From contig JBEKSD010000002.1 of the NCBI GenBank assembly GCA_049517335.1, forward strand, positions 78,523-142,522: a DNA stretch of 64,000 nt. Direction: 5' to 3'. The stretch's first letter is position 1; each line of letters starts with the position of its first letter. Below, in pieces: positions 36,356 through 45,716 of the stretch. The DNA comes from Candidatus Omnitrophota bacterium. GTDB lineage: Bacteria > Omnitrophota > Gorgyraeia > Gygaellales > Profunditerraquicolaceae. The translations under genes were made by a program, and so were the position numbers. The notes beneath the pieces are model-generated. The model did no database searches and was not told the origin of the DNA. It was given only the letters and a program-made list of their open reading frames with translations.

Positions 36356-37141
36356 TTAGCGAGAACTTACTAAATCCTCTAAGGTTATTTCAGGATTGTG
36401 ATAACGTTTCCTGTTTAGAGTACTCCTTCCATACTGGATAGCCTCTTTTGGGCACCATTGAAGGCAGGCAAAGCATTGTTCGCATTTATGCAGCCATTCG
36501 GGCTTTCCGTTTACAAGCCTGACATTATTCACCGGACAGACCCTTACGCAGATCCCGCAACTATTACATTTATCATTAACCCAGAACCCTTTATCCTGAA
36601 ACGGTATTGATGGCGATGCCAGATTGTAGATTAGGCCTGAGAATATCAGGTTGGCCAGAAAATTACCTCGTTTTATCCTGCATTGTTTCCCCTCTCTGAT
36701 TATCCCGGCTATCTCTTTAATCCTTTTTTTCTCTTTTTCAAACAGCTTATTTTGTTTCTCTACCGCTAGAGCTCCGTAAAGAACCGTATAATTCCCGGGC
36801 ATCTGGATAAAAAATCCTGCGCTAAGCTGAATACCTAAAGATTTAAACAGCCTGGCATTTTGTCCAAGGGTATCTGCAGCCAAGCCGCCCCCTGTAGCAA
36901 TGGCGAAGAAATATTTACCGGGGTTACCTTTAAACTTCTTGATAAAGCGCGTAACGATTAAAGGCATCCCGAATTCATAAACAGGATAAATAATACCTAT
37001 ACAGTCTGCCGATAAATCGAGCTCATTGTTAATTACCTGCGCTATATTGATAATACTCGTATCCCTGAGCTCTTTGGCTAAATCCCGCGCTACTTTCAGG
37101 CAGTTCCCTGTTCCCGTAAAATAAAAGATAGTTGTCTTCAA
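36356..37141 (-). CDS. Flavodoxin-like/2x[4Fe-4S] ferredoxin fusion protein (EFR1-type)
   Basis: 261 aa; N-terminal IFYFTGTGNCLKVA flavodoxin signature; C-terminal CNSCGICVRVCP and CEQCFACLQWCP. Confidence 0.65.
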   Translation of the reverse strand: MKTTIFYFTGTGNCLKVARDLAKELRDTSIINIAQVINNELDLSADCIGIIYPVYEFGMPLIVTRFIKKFKGNPGKYFFAIATGGGLAADTLGQNARLFKSLGIQLSAGFFIQMPGNYTVLYGALAVEKQNKLFEKEKKRIKEIAGIIREGKQCRIKRGNFLANLIFSGLIYNLASPSIPFQDKGFWVNDKCNSCGICVRVCPVNNVRLVNGKPEWLHKCEQCFACLQWCPKEAIQYGRSTLNRKRYHNPEITLEDLVSSR

Positions 37142-37165
37142 TTACCCCCTCCCCTCTCCTCTTTT

Positions 37166-37660
37166 CTATCTGTAATTTCCAAATGCAAGCGGGATAGGAA
37201 AATCCAACCCCCTTAAGTGCGCGATGACAGCCTGCAGTTCGTCCTTCTTTACCGAACTTACCTTAATCTTTTCTCCTTCAATTTGAGTTTGCACTTTCAG
37301 GCCCAGCCCCTTTATGATAGCTGTCAGCTCTTTTGCCTTCTCCTTATCTATACCCATACAAATCTCAACTACCTGGCGAAGATACCCTTCAAAAGCCTTT
37401 TCAGGGTTATTATATTTTAGAACCTTAAGAGAAACATTCCTTTTAGCCAAACGGGTAAGCAAAATATCGGTAAGGGCACGTAGTTTGAAATCATTATCGG
37501 CAATCAAAGTAATGTTTTTCTCCTTGCGGTCATAAGCAATAGAAGCCTTGCTGTTTTTAAAATCATAGCGCTGCGAGAGCTCCTTATTTGCCTGATTTAC
37601 CGCATTATCCACTTCCTGCAACTCTACCTCAGAAACAATATCAAAAGAAAAATTTGCCAT
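37166..37660 (-). CDS. yajQ: YajQ/UPF0234 family nucleotide (c-di-GMP)-binding protein
   Basis: 164 aa; N-terminal FSFDIVSEVELQEVDNAVNQANKELSQRYDFK is the YajQ signature. Confidence 0.8.
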   Translation of the reverse strand: MANFSFDIVSEVELQEVDNAVNQANKELSQRYDFKNSKASIAYDRKEKNITLIADNDFKLRALTDILLTRLAKRNVSLKVLKYNNPEKAFEGYLRQVVEICMGIDKEKAKELTAIIKGLGLKVQTQIEGEKIKVSSVKKDELQAVIAHLRGLDFPIPLAFGNYR

Positions 37661-37673
37661 ATCCTATCTCCCG

Positions 37674-38582
37674 TTAAAATAATAAAATCCCAATATAAAC
37701 AAGATTAACCCCTATATTAACCAAAATCGTGAGTAAACACATTCTCTCAAGCAGGACACGGTTGTTAAAATTCCCTGAGGCCATTATACAGATAGCTAGA
37801 AGAGAAATAACGCCAACCGGTAAATAAAATAAGCCTCCGGCTAGCGGCAAACCTTTAGTCAAAGAAATCAAAAATATTATAATTCCGCTTATCGCTACTA
37901 AGAGATAAATAAAAGCGGCCTTCTCCTTGCCAAGCCTGACCACTAAATTCCTTTTATTGGCCTGGATATCTGCCTGATAATCAGGGAATTCATTTATTAA
38001 TATCACATTAAAGATCGAACAGGCAATGGGAATTGCGATCCAGTTCAGATGAGAATTTATGCTACCTGCTTGCAGGTAAAACCCCACTACCAGAGGAAGC
38101 CAACCATAGCTATAGGCTATAAATAACTCCCCAATCCCTCTTTTTACCCAGCGCAAAGGTGGTTTTGAATAATAAAAACCGGTAATTATACCGCTTAAGC
38201 CCAGAGGTATGGTCCAAGGGCCTGTTTTAAAATAAAACTGAAGCAGTAACCCAATTGCGCATGCGCTTATTATTATTAAACGACTGGCTAAATCGACTTT
38301 GTCTGAAGAAACCAACCCGTCCACAATGACCTGGCTGCCTCCGTAAAATGGGCTTCTTCCCAGTTTCGCCGAAAACCTGTCTTCATTTATATCATATATC
38401 TCTCCGTTAAAATTTGCCGAGAGCATAATAAGCACGACCGCGCCAAGCCCCCAAAGAAATACCGGAAAGTTGAAAACTTTTACCGTTCGTAAGGCAAGAA
38501 GTGAACCGGCCACAAAAGGCAGTGCACCTGCGAAATGAAACGGCAAACGAGCAAGCAAAATCCATTTAATAATCGTTTTCAT
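37674..38582 (-). CDS. UbiA-family prenyltransferase (MenA-like)
   Basis: 302 aa; about 8 TM helices; Asp-rich region NFNGEIYDINED. Confidence 0.5.
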   Translation of the reverse strand: MKTIIKWILLARLPFHFAGALPFVAGSLLALRTVKVFNFPVFLWGLGAVVLIMLSANFNGEIYDINEDRFSAKLGRSPFYGGSQVIVDGLVSSDKVDLASRLIIISACAIGLLLQFYFKTGPWTIPLGLSGIITGFYYSKPPLRWVKRGIGELFIAYSYGWLPLVVGFYLQAGSINSHLNWIAIPIACSIFNVILINEFPDYQADIQANKRNLVVRLGKEKAAFIYLLVAISGIIIFLISLTKGLPLAGGLFYLPVGVISLLAICIMASGNFNNRVLLERMCLLTILVNIGVNLVYIGILLF

Positions 38583-38973
38583 TTACCTTGGCGCGCAGGG
38601 ATTTCTTTTCCGAGCGCTTGCGTTTTGCTTCCAGAATTTTTAATTTTGCCCTGCGGGAACGCCGGCGCTTCTGCCTGCGGATTTTTTCTCTACGCCTATT
38701 TTCTTCGGAAAGCTTTCCTAAGGTCCGGGATTCAATCTTTTTTAACAATATTCTTCTGGCGAGCAGCCTATTTGCGGATTGAATTCGTTCCTGCTGACAT
38801 TTAACTTCAATGCCGGTGGGGATATGGCGCAGATATACGCAGGTTGAAACTTTATTTACATTCTGCCCTCCGGGCCCCTGCGCACGGATGAATTTCTCAA
38901 CAATATCCTTCTCCCGCACGCCCAGGCGCGCCATCAGTTCACGCGTTTCTTTTTCCTTATCCAAAGCAATCAT
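38566..38973 (-). CDS. arfB: Alternative ribosome-rescue factor ArfB (peptidyl-tRNA hydrolase, RF-like GGQ protein)
   Basis: 135 aa; GPGGQNVNKV motif plus basic C-terminal tail. Confidence 0.8.
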   Translation of the reverse strand: MIALDKEKETRELMARLGVREKDIVEKFIRAQGPGGQNVNKVSTCVYLRHIPTGIEVKCQQERIQSANRLLARRILLKKIESRTLGKLSEENRRREKIRRQKRRRSRRAKLKILEAKRKRSEKKSLRAKVNENDY

Positions 38974-39079
38974 TATTTCATTCCGTATTACCCTGTTTTT
39001 TTACATTTTTAAATATCATCAAAGTTATCAGGTAGGCGAAGAAGCCAAAAAGTAAACCCAATAGAATATACCTCCCTTT

Positions 39080-40054
39080 TTAAGAGCCTTCCTTTAATAA
39101 CGAAGGTTTGATGTTTACTCCAGCAAACCTTTCTTCTCCGTAGGATTCCTGAATCCAGCCGTTATCCAGACCGAAATTATGCATTATATCCTGCGCCTCT
39201 GTATATTCTTTTTCCTTAAGGCGGCGACCGATATCCGAAAACTCTCTTGCTTTATAATACGGCAGGTATTGGCTCATAAGGCTGATGTAGGTCTCAGGAG
39301 AAAGTTCCTCACTTATAAATTTCATAATTGAGTGCGTTCCCGAAACACCATTGGGTAAAACCAAATGCCTTAGAATAACGCCTCTCTGGATTATGCCTTC
39401 CTTGTCAATATCGGCAATGCCTACCTGTCTGTGCATTTCTTTAAGGGATGCCTGATTATATTCAGGGTAACTGGGCGCTGATGAATATTTAATTGCCATT
39501 GAGCTGTCGCCGTAGCGCATATCAACAAGGTAAATATCCACGATCCCTTCAAGCATCTTTATAATCTCCGGCAATTCATAACCAGACGTATTATAAACTA
39601 AAGGTATATTCAGGCCTTGGGGAACGGCAATCAGAAGGCTTTTTAGGATTTGCGGCATCACGTGGGTAGGCGTCACAAGGTTTATATTATGGCATCCTGA
39701 CTTTTGCAGTTGCAACATAAAATCCGCCAATTCTTCAGGTGGCACTTCCCTACCTTGGCCTAATTGACTGAATTCATAGTTCTGACAATATACGCAAGCC
39801 ATATTGCAGTGGGAAAAAAATATCGTCCCTGAACCGTTCTTTCCTGAAACAGCCGGCTCTTCCCCGTGATGGCCCATAAAACTACAGACCTTTGCCTTAA
39901 GACCCGTCTTACAGAACCCTACCTCACCCTTTTTACGGTTAACTTTACATTTACGCGGGCAAATTGAACAGGACTCAAGCATACTAAACGCTTTGTTGGC
40001 AATTCTTTGTAGTTTTCCGCTATTAAATGTTTCTAAATAAGAGGGAGAGCGCAT
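39080..40054 (-). CDS. Radical SAM protein, PFL-activase-like (possibly AmmeMemoRadiSam-type)
   Basis: 324 aa; N-terminal Cys-rich CSICPRKCKV...GFCKTG, then CNMACVYCQN CxxxCxxC. Confidence 0.6.
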   Translation of the reverse strand: MRSPSYLETFNSGKLQRIANKAFSMLESCSICPRKCKVNRKKGEVGFCKTGLKAKVCSFMGHHGEEPAVSGKNGSGTIFFSHCNMACVYCQNYEFSQLGQGREVPPEELADFMLQLQKSGCHNINLVTPTHVMPQILKSLLIAVPQGLNIPLVYNTSGYELPEIIKMLEGIVDIYLVDMRYGDSSMAIKYSSAPSYPEYNQASLKEMHRQVGIADIDKEGIIQRGVILRHLVLPNGVSGTHSIMKFISEELSPETYISLMSQYLPYYKAREFSDIGRRLKEKEYTEAQDIMHNFGLDNGWIQESYGEERFAGVNIKPSLLKEGS

Positions 40055-40578
40055 ATTTTCTTCAGTTGTTGCCCGTATATTTCCCTTATCCTGGTTAATA
40101 TATCTATATATTCTTTGGTCTTATAGTCCTGGTAAGTCCATTCCCCCGGTAGAAAAGTATTATGCTTAAAATACAAAGTTATTTCCGCAAATATCCCTTT
40201 GTCCAGATAAATACGGTGGATATAATCTTTAGTAGTTGCCAAAATATATTTAGCCGAGTCCAGGTATCCCGGGTCAATATTAACCAGGCGTAGCCCAAGC
40301 CTAGAAAATTTACCTTCTACTCTGTTAGTAAATAATTTTATTTTTACGAGTTCTTGTGGGTATATTAGGTTTGAAAAACTTAAGAATTTCTTTTTTAAGT
40401 TGCTGCCGAACTCAAACTCATAGTAATCGGTGAAATTAAAGGGGAGGATACTGCTTTCGTAATCAACGGCACCGAATTTTCTTTTTAAGATTGTTTCGGC
40501 TTTTTTTAATACGGATTCTTCCTTAAAAATCAGGCCCATTACCAGTTTGACGGGATTTGCTTTTCTTACCTTCCCCAT
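40033..40578 (-). CDS. hypothetical protein (DUF4416-like), overlapping the radical SAM gene
   Basis: 181 aa; NIDPGYL and AKYILATTKDYIHRIYL motifs recalled as DUF4416-like. Confidence 0.35.
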   Translation of the reverse strand: MGKVRKANPVKLVMGLIFKEESVLKKAETILKRKFGAVDYESSILPFNFTDYYEFEFGSNLKKKFLSFSNLIYPQELVKIKLFTNRVEGKFSRLGLRLVNIDPGYLDSAKYILATTKDYIHRIYLDKGIFAEITLYFKHNTFLPGEWTYQDYKTKEYIDILTRIREIYGQQLKKICALPLI

Positions 40579-40958
40579 GTCACTGCGGCAGGAGCTTCCT
40601 TAGGCAGGAATTGATTCACATATTGCGAGATCTTCTTACGCTGGTCTTCCCTTATTCTGTTAAAAAATATGGCGACATTAAATCCGCTACCGTCCGGCTC
40701 ATCCTGAACCCTCACAATCACGCCGTTACATTCAATAGCCAGATGTTTTACTCCCTCACTCATGGCCACAGGGAGGCTTAATTTTATAGCTACCCGCGTA
40801 AACGGCGGGATGTACTTATCAATACGGCAATAAGTGCCGAGGCAGCTAATATTCTGGGTTGCGGTCTTGAAATCAAAGCCGTTGGCCGCTACCTTAAGCG
40901 GCAGAGAATGGTCCAGGCGCGGATGCAGCCTTTTCTCTACGCCTATTTTCTTAATCAT
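40566..40958 (-). CDS. PilZ-domain protein
   Basis: 130 aa; RLHPR (RxxxR) and D.S..G (NISCLG) c-di-GMP-binding motifs. Confidence 0.65.
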   Translation of the reverse strand: MIKKIGVEKRLHPRLDHSLPLKVAANGFDFKTATQNISCLGTYCRIDKYIPPFTRVAIKLSLPVAMSEGVKHLAIECNGVIVRVQDEPDGSGFNVAIFFNRIREDQRKKISQYVNQFLPKEAPAAVTWGR

Positions 40959-41158
40959 TGTTTCTTCTCCGCTTTTTGCTTCTCCAAAAAGTCTTTATAG
41001 CATTTCTTGGCGCAATAGAATTTACCGTCGCGGTAATAACGTTTTAGCTTCTTGATAGGTTTATTGCAGGTTATGCAATTTGCCTGTTTCTCTACTTTTG
41101 GTTGTTCTGCTACAATTACCGGAGCCGCTACCTGCGGTGCCTGTGTCTGATCTGCCAT
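40955..41158 (-). CDS. small zinc-ribbon protein
   Basis: 67 aa; CITC...CAKKC; 4-nt overlap with the downstream PilZ gene. Confidence 0.4.
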   Translation of the reverse strand: MADQTQAPQVAAPVIVAEQPKVEKQANCITCNKPIKKLKRYYRDGKFYCAKKCYKDFLEKQKAEKKQ

Positions 41159-41183
41159 TTCTTTTTAAATTTCCTTTCGTTGT

Positions 41184-41522
41184 TTAAGCTTGTTGTGTGC
41201 TCACGTAATCCGCCAAGTATCCCTTATCAGTCAGCCCCAATTCTATGAATTCCAGCCCGATATGATTCCTGTAAGAGTGCGGCAGGGGCTGAGTACGGGT
41301 AACCTTGCCTATCGCCCTTAATGTCCGCGAAAAAATGTTAATTTCCAGCATTAACGGAGTTGCGGGAGGTATGAAACGTTCGCTTACGAACCCTAAACCG
41401 CCTAAGCTGATATTATCACAGATTGTGTTATCAATACGGGACTCGCCCCTTACCTGATAAGTAACGGGGGTACGCAGTTCAACACGGGGAAAACGCCTGT
41501 TATCTTTTGTAATAGCGGCCAT
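41184..41522 (-). CDS. PilZ-domain protein
   Basis: Start set at the internal MAAITKDN preceded by an AAGGAA SD; RRFPR (RxxxR) and DNISLGGLGF (DxSxGG) motifs. Confidence 0.6.
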   Translation of the reverse strand: MAAITKDNRRFPRVELRTPVTYQVRGESRIDNTICDNISLGGLGFVSERFIPPATPLMLEINIFSRTLRAIGKVTRTQPLPHSYRNHIGLEFIELGLTDKGYLADYVSTQQA

Positions 41523-41608
41523 GATTTCCTTAAAAAATATTTTAAGAGAAGCCGTGGCTTTCCTTCCCTGTTGTAAATAGTAACACATAATCCAACTGAT
41601 GTCAATAC

Positions 41609-41637
41609 TTTACAAGGGGGCGTAATTTTGTTATAAT
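41609..41637 (+). promoter_or_regulatory. sigma-70-like promoter for the exeA-like gene
   Basis: TTTACA, 17-nt spacer, perfect TATAAT, GAGGA SD, ATG at 41654. Confidence 0.5.
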
Positions 41638-41653
41638 CATTGATGAGGAAAAT

Positions 41654-42478
41654 ATGTATTCTGAATTTTTTCAATTAAAAGAGCGCCCCTTTAACGTCAC
41701 ATCAGACCCTGCTTTCTTCTATTTTAGCCGCAAACACAAAGAAGCCCTCTCCCATCTTCTTTACGGCGTCTCCCAGAGAAAAGGGATTATCGTTCTAACC
41801 GGAGAAATCGGTACCGGGAAAACTACGCTTTGCCGCTATTTCTTAAACCAACTCGGCTCAAACGTCAAAACAGCCTTTATCCTTAACCCCCATTTTTCAG
41901 AAATGCAATTACTGGAAGCTATAGTCAAGGATTTCGGCATTACGCCGCGCGATAATTCCCGTCTCGGCTTGGTTAAAGATTTAAATAGATTCCTGCTTAA
42001 TGAGTCCGAAGCACAGAATAACGTTGTTTTGATTATTGACGAAGCCCAGAACCTTAAGACCCAGATGCTTGAGCAGGTACGCCTGCTTTCTAACCTTGAG
42101 ACCGATAAGGAGAAATTATTACAGGTATTGTTAGTGGGGCAACCTGAATTAAATAAACGGTTAAATGTTTATGATTTGCGTCAACTCAGACAAAGGATAA
42201 TGGTCAGGTACCATATCGCTCCGCTAGAGGAAGACGAAATAAAAAATTATATTTATCATCGTTTAACCGTTGCGGGCTCGGATGGAAGGATAATCTTTAC
42301 AGATGAAGCCGTTAAGATGATCTGGAATTTCTCCGCCGGTACTCCCCGTTTGATTAATATGCTTTGCGATCGTTCGCTCTTAGCCGCCTTTGTCGTCGAA
42401 ACGCACAAGATTGACGCAGAGATTATAAAAAGAAGCCTTGAAGAACTGGAAAGTTATTTTGTGGGAGAAAAACTTTGA
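41654..42478 (+). CDS. ExeA/GspA (MshM)-type AAA ATPase for secretin assembly
   Basis: 274 aa; Walker A GEIGTGKTT, Walker B VLIIDEAQ, ExeA-like N-terminal FFQLKERPF. Confidence 0.75.
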   Translation: MYSEFFQLKERPFNVTSDPAFFYFSRKHKEALSHLLYGVSQRKGIIVLTGEIGTGKTTLCRYFLNQLGSNVKTAFILNPHFSEMQLLEAIVKDFGITPRDNSRLGLVKDLNRFLLNESEAQNNVVLIIDEAQNLKTQMLEQVRLLSNLETDKEKLLQVLLVGQPELNKRLNVYDLRQLRQRIMVRYHIAPLEEDEIKNYIYHRLTVAGSDGRIIFTDEAVKMIWNFSAGTPRLINMLCDRSLLAAFVVETHKIDAEIIKRSLEELESYFVGEKL

Positions 42479-42963
42479 GTATAATCTATGACGCTCTTAA
42501 GAAAGTTGAACAATCAGGCACTCCTCTTTTAAAAAATAAAAGCGATAAGGAAATAACTGTGCCTAAAAATAAGGTGAAAAGATACCTTATCTATATTTTA
42601 TTTATGGCGCTGGGATTATTTTTCGCGAACATTCTTTTATCTTACCTCGGACCGGCGCTCACCAAAGTTAAAGCCGTAAATGAAACCAAAAGTAACCTCA
42701 CCCAAAACAAACTTCCTATTCAGCCACCCGTACAGCAAACCCTTCCTCCTCCTGCTATTATAGAAAAACCCGCACCTCCTCCTAAGCCAACGCTTGCGTT
42801 AAACGGAATATTTTTCTCAGGAGAGGAAAGTTACGCGCTTATTAATAATCAGATTGTAAAAGTGGGGGATAAAATCAGCGGGGCTGTCATTAAGAAAATT
42901 TCTTCCGATGAAGTGCTGCTTAATTTTGAAGGGTCGGAAATAAAGCTAACTACGGCCCATTAA
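42475..42963 (+). CDS. GspB/ExeB-like protein (TM anchor, Pro-rich linker, C-terminal beta domain)
   Basis: 162 aa; TM helix; PPVQQTLPPPAIIEKPAPPPKP; C-terminus LNGIFFSGEESYALINNQIVKVGDKI; ATGA overlap with the exeA-like gene. Confidence 0.5.
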   Translation: MSIIYDALKKVEQSGTPLLKNKSDKEITVPKNKVKRYLIYILFMALGLFFANILLSYLGPALTKVKAVNETKSNLTQNKLPIQPPVQQTLPPPAIIEKPAPPPKPTLALNGIFFSGEESYALINNQIVKVGDKISGAVIKKISSDEVLLNFEGSEIKLTTAH

Positions 42964-44044
42964 TCCTGTTTCTGAGCGCCTCTTTTATAATAGCAAACGG
43001 AATATTATCAACAACTTTCACCTTTCCTATTCCGGCGCAAAGCACAAACCTGTTTCTTTTCCCGGTGAATTTCTTATCTTTATAATGAGCACTAATAATA
43101 TTTCCCGAGTCTATTTTCTCAATAGTTATCGGCAGACCCGTTTCTTTTATGACCTTTTCAATACGCCCTAAAGTCTTACTATCAGTTAAACCAAGCGCAA
43201 CGCTTATATCGCCTGCCACAAGCATACCTATGGCCACCGCTTCCCCATGATTATAAGAGTTGTACCTGCCGGCTGTCTCAATCGCATGCCCCAAAGTATG
43301 GCCGAAATTTAATATAGTACGAAAACCTCTTTCTTCGCGTTCATCTTTACTTACGATATCGGCTTTGATTTTACTACAACGCTCAACAATAAACTCTAAA
43401 TACGTCTGTCTCTTTTTTAAGACGGATTTATAATTTTTTGCAAGGAAAGAAAACAACTCCTTGTCTTTTATAATCCCGTATTTGATGACCTCTGCCAACC
43501 CGGTTTTCAACTGCCGGGAAGAGAGGGTCTGTAAAAAATTGGTGTCGCTAAAGACAAGCCGCGGCTGATAGAATGCTCCCACAAGGTTTTTGCCTGCTGA
43601 CAGGTCTATAGCGGTCTTGCCTCCGATGGCCGAATCCACCTGAGCCAATAATGTAGTCGGTATTTGAATATAGGGAACCCCGCGTTTATAAATAGAAGCG
43701 ACGAAACCGCCTAAATCTCCTACCACTCCTCCACCGAAAGAAATTATGAAGACTCTTCTGGCTTTATCAAAGCCTGCTAAATCTTTAATTACTGCGGAAG
43801 CAGTTTCTACGGACTTACTTTTCTCGGTATCTGGAATTATCCTGAATCTGGCAGTTATACCCGAAGCCCTTAGTGAAGATTCCAGAGCTTTACCGAATTT
43901 CGTTCTTATAAGCTTATTTGTAATTATAAAAGCATCTGTACCTAATTTTAAAGCTCTGATTTCCCTGCTAAGGCGCTTAAGGATACCGCTTCCTACAATA
44001 ATCTTATAAGAGCGCTTCTTAAGATTTACTTTTATTATTTTCAT
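42950..44044 (-). CDS. aroB: 3-dehydroquinate synthase
   Basis: 364 aa; GGGVVGDLGGF NAD-binding glycine-rich motif and metal-binding His residues. Confidence 0.85.
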   Translation of the reverse strand: MKIIKVNLKKRSYKIIVGSGILKRLSREIRALKLGTDAFIITNKLIRTKFGKALESSLRASGITARFRIIPDTEKSKSVETASAVIKDLAGFDKARRVFIISFGGGVVGDLGGFVASIYKRGVPYIQIPTTLLAQVDSAIGGKTAIDLSAGKNLVGAFYQPRLVFSDTNFLQTLSSRQLKTGLAEVIKYGIIKDKELFSFLAKNYKSVLKKRQTYLEFIVERCSKIKADIVSKDEREERGFRTILNFGHTLGHAIETAGRYNSYNHGEAVAIGMLVAGDISVALGLTDSKTLGRIEKVIKETGLPITIEKIDSGNIISAHYKDKKFTGKRNRFVLCAGIGKVKVVDNIPFAIIKEALRNRINGP

Positions 44045-44052
44045 TGTCGGTT

Positions 44053-44820
44053 TTATTCTACTGCTTCTATAGAAACAATTTCAATAATGGGGTATTTCCC
44101 TTGGTAGCCGCTGAGTTTTCCGGTGACTTTTACTTTATTATAATTAATAGCGTCCAAACTTTTTTTATTACCCTTAAGAAGGTAAGTTTTGTCTAGGGAG
44201 ACGAGCTTATGGGTGGCTTGACGGCCGAATATCCTGCCGTAAGGCTGAATGATCCCTGTTATCGCGACTAAATCCGGTGAGGGCAGATCCAAAACCGGGG
44301 TAGGAATTAATTCCGGTCCCGGTTTTGACTCCGGTTTTTGCGCCGGCTTTACAAACTTCTTATTTACATAACCGAAGCTGTTGCGAATGGGCTCAATTTG
44401 AAACCAACCATTGGCATCCCCTAAAACATTTACAATCTCATCTTTATTAACCTTCCCTAAGATTTGCGAGTTCTCAGAAGGCTTAAGCCTGACATTAATC
44501 CTGTCTTTAGTGGCTTTAGCACTGCTACAGCTGGGTTCAAGCGGAAGACACTCAAATAAAGACTTTTTTACGAAAGAAGGGGCGTTTTTAGGCAGGCGTA
44601 TCCTATACCAGTCATATAATTCAGCACTTACCTCAACTGTATCATGGCTCTTTAATACGCAAATTACTTCGGAGGAGACCGTGGTATCGGCCCTGACATT
44701 AATGTTGTCAGAAGATATTTCCCCGTTAAATTTCCGGAATTCCTGCGCGAATGTAGTTGTGGCTGACAAAACCGCCACTGTCAACAGGACGAATACTATT
44801 CTAGGCAAAAAACAGCGCAT
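44053..44820 (-). CDS. secreted protein with two bacterial SH3 (SH3b) domains
   Basis: 255 aa; signal peptide; two INVR....(D)WYRI / GWFQI SH3b-like units joined by a Pro-rich linker. Confidence 0.6.
   Translation of the reverse strand: MRCFLPRIVFVLLTVAVLSATTTFAQEFRKFNGEISSDNINVRADTTVSSEVICVLKSHDTVEVSAELYDWYRIRLPKNAPSFVKKSLFECLPLEPSCSSAKATKDRINVRLKPSENSQILGKVNKDEIVNVLGDANGWFQIEPIRNSFGYVNKKFVKPAQKPESKPGPELIPTPVLDLPSPDLVAITGIIQPYGRIFGRQATHKLVSLDKTYLLKGNKKSLDAINYNKVKVTGKLSGYQGKYPIIEIVSIEAVE
44291..44326. repeat. Copy P2 of the palindromic element, in-frame inside the SH3 gene (encodes linker SKPGPELIPTPVL)
   Basis: AAAACCGGGGTAGGAATTAATTCCGGTCCCGGTTTT; 36 nt, 12 codons, imperfect palindrome; compare 23593-23628. 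Confidence 0.5.
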
Positions 44821-44827
44821 TTTTTAG

Positions 44828-45133
44828 TTATTTCTTTTCTGCTTTCGGAGCTGCGGTTTTTGCGGGTGCGGGTTTTGCAGCTACTGCGGCGCCTGTCGCA
44901 GTCGCTGCTGCGGGAGCGCCTTCCGCTCCGGCAACAGTTACTTCGGCAGGTTTTTCAATCTTTTCTTTCTTGATCTTAAGCCTCACAGCCTTGATTTTAG
45001 GCAGGCGGTAAACATCATCCCCTTCTTTCCACTGCCCTTTTTCCATCATTGACCTGAGGCGCTCGCTGCGCTTTAGGACGGACCTTTGTTTTTTGTCTTT
45101 TTCGGAAACTGCTAACGACGGATGAATTGACAT
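44828..45133 (-). CDS. small basic protein with Ala/Pro-rich low-complexity C-terminus
   Basis: 101 aa; N-terminus HPSL.VS.KDKKQRSVLKRSERL then KxxK repeats; resembles the small-basic-protein family by recall. Confidence 0.4.
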   Translation of the reverse strand: MSIHPSLAVSEKDKKQRSVLKRSERLRSMMEKGQWKEGDDVYRLPKIKAVRLKIKKEKIEKPAEVTVAGAEGAPAAATATGAAVAAKPAPAKTAAPKAEKK

Positions 45134-45139
45134 TATCCC

Positions 45140-45700
45140 TTATAACCTCCTTAAATGGCAACCCTGGTATTTTTTAGCCAATTGAGCTAATAAAGATTGC
45201 GCGGTTTCTTTGTCAGTAAATTTCCCCACACATAATATCGTATAATTGCCTTTAGATATGATTTGCGGCGAAAAACCCTTCTTTTTCAAAAGCTCGGCTT
45301 CTTTCTGGGCGAAAGCCCTTGTTTTGTAACTTGCAAGCTGGATAGTGTATCCTGCCCCGTATTCAGCCGCCTTTTTTGTATTTTGAGCGGGACTCGTATT
45401 TACGCTTACTATCGGAAGCGGCTCAAACTGTTTAGCCTGTAATGTATTTACGGCAGCCGTAACGGCAGCCTTATCTTCCGTGCTCTCCGTATTTTTTAAA
45501 GGTGCAATACGCTTGCCTTTTTCAACCCCGATAGAAAAACATATTATGCCTGTTACGGCAATCCCTATGATTAAAATAATTTTCTTTTCATAAGCGCGGA
45601 TAAAAGAATAAAAACGCTCCTGTTCATGCAAGCCTTTTACTTGGGGTTTACCGGATTGCGAAAATAAATCAAGCTGCAGGTTCTCTTCTTTTTCCATCAT
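45140..45700 (-). CDS. SPOR-domain membrane protein (septal peptidoglycan binding)
   Basis: 186 aa; TM helix; C-terminal SPOR pattern YTIQLASYKTRAFAQKEAELLKKKGF...ILCVGKF. Confidence 0.6.
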   Translation of the reverse strand: MMEKEENLQLDLFSQSGKPQVKGLHEQERFYSFIRAYEKKIILIIGIAVTGIICFSIGVEKGKRIAPLKNTESTEDKAAVTAAVNTLQAKQFEPLPIVSVNTSPAQNTKKAAEYGAGYTIQLASYKTRAFAQKEAELLKKKGFSPQIISKGNYTILCVGKFTDKETAQSLLAQLAKKYQGCHLRRL

Positions 45701-45716
45701 ACGGGGTATTATATCT

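Noticed and set aside
38974-39079. Small RNA in the 106-nt gap between arfB and the radical SAM gene
   Set aside because: No stable stem-terminator structure or promoter motif was recognisable by eye; it is probably just the promoter or UTR of arfB.
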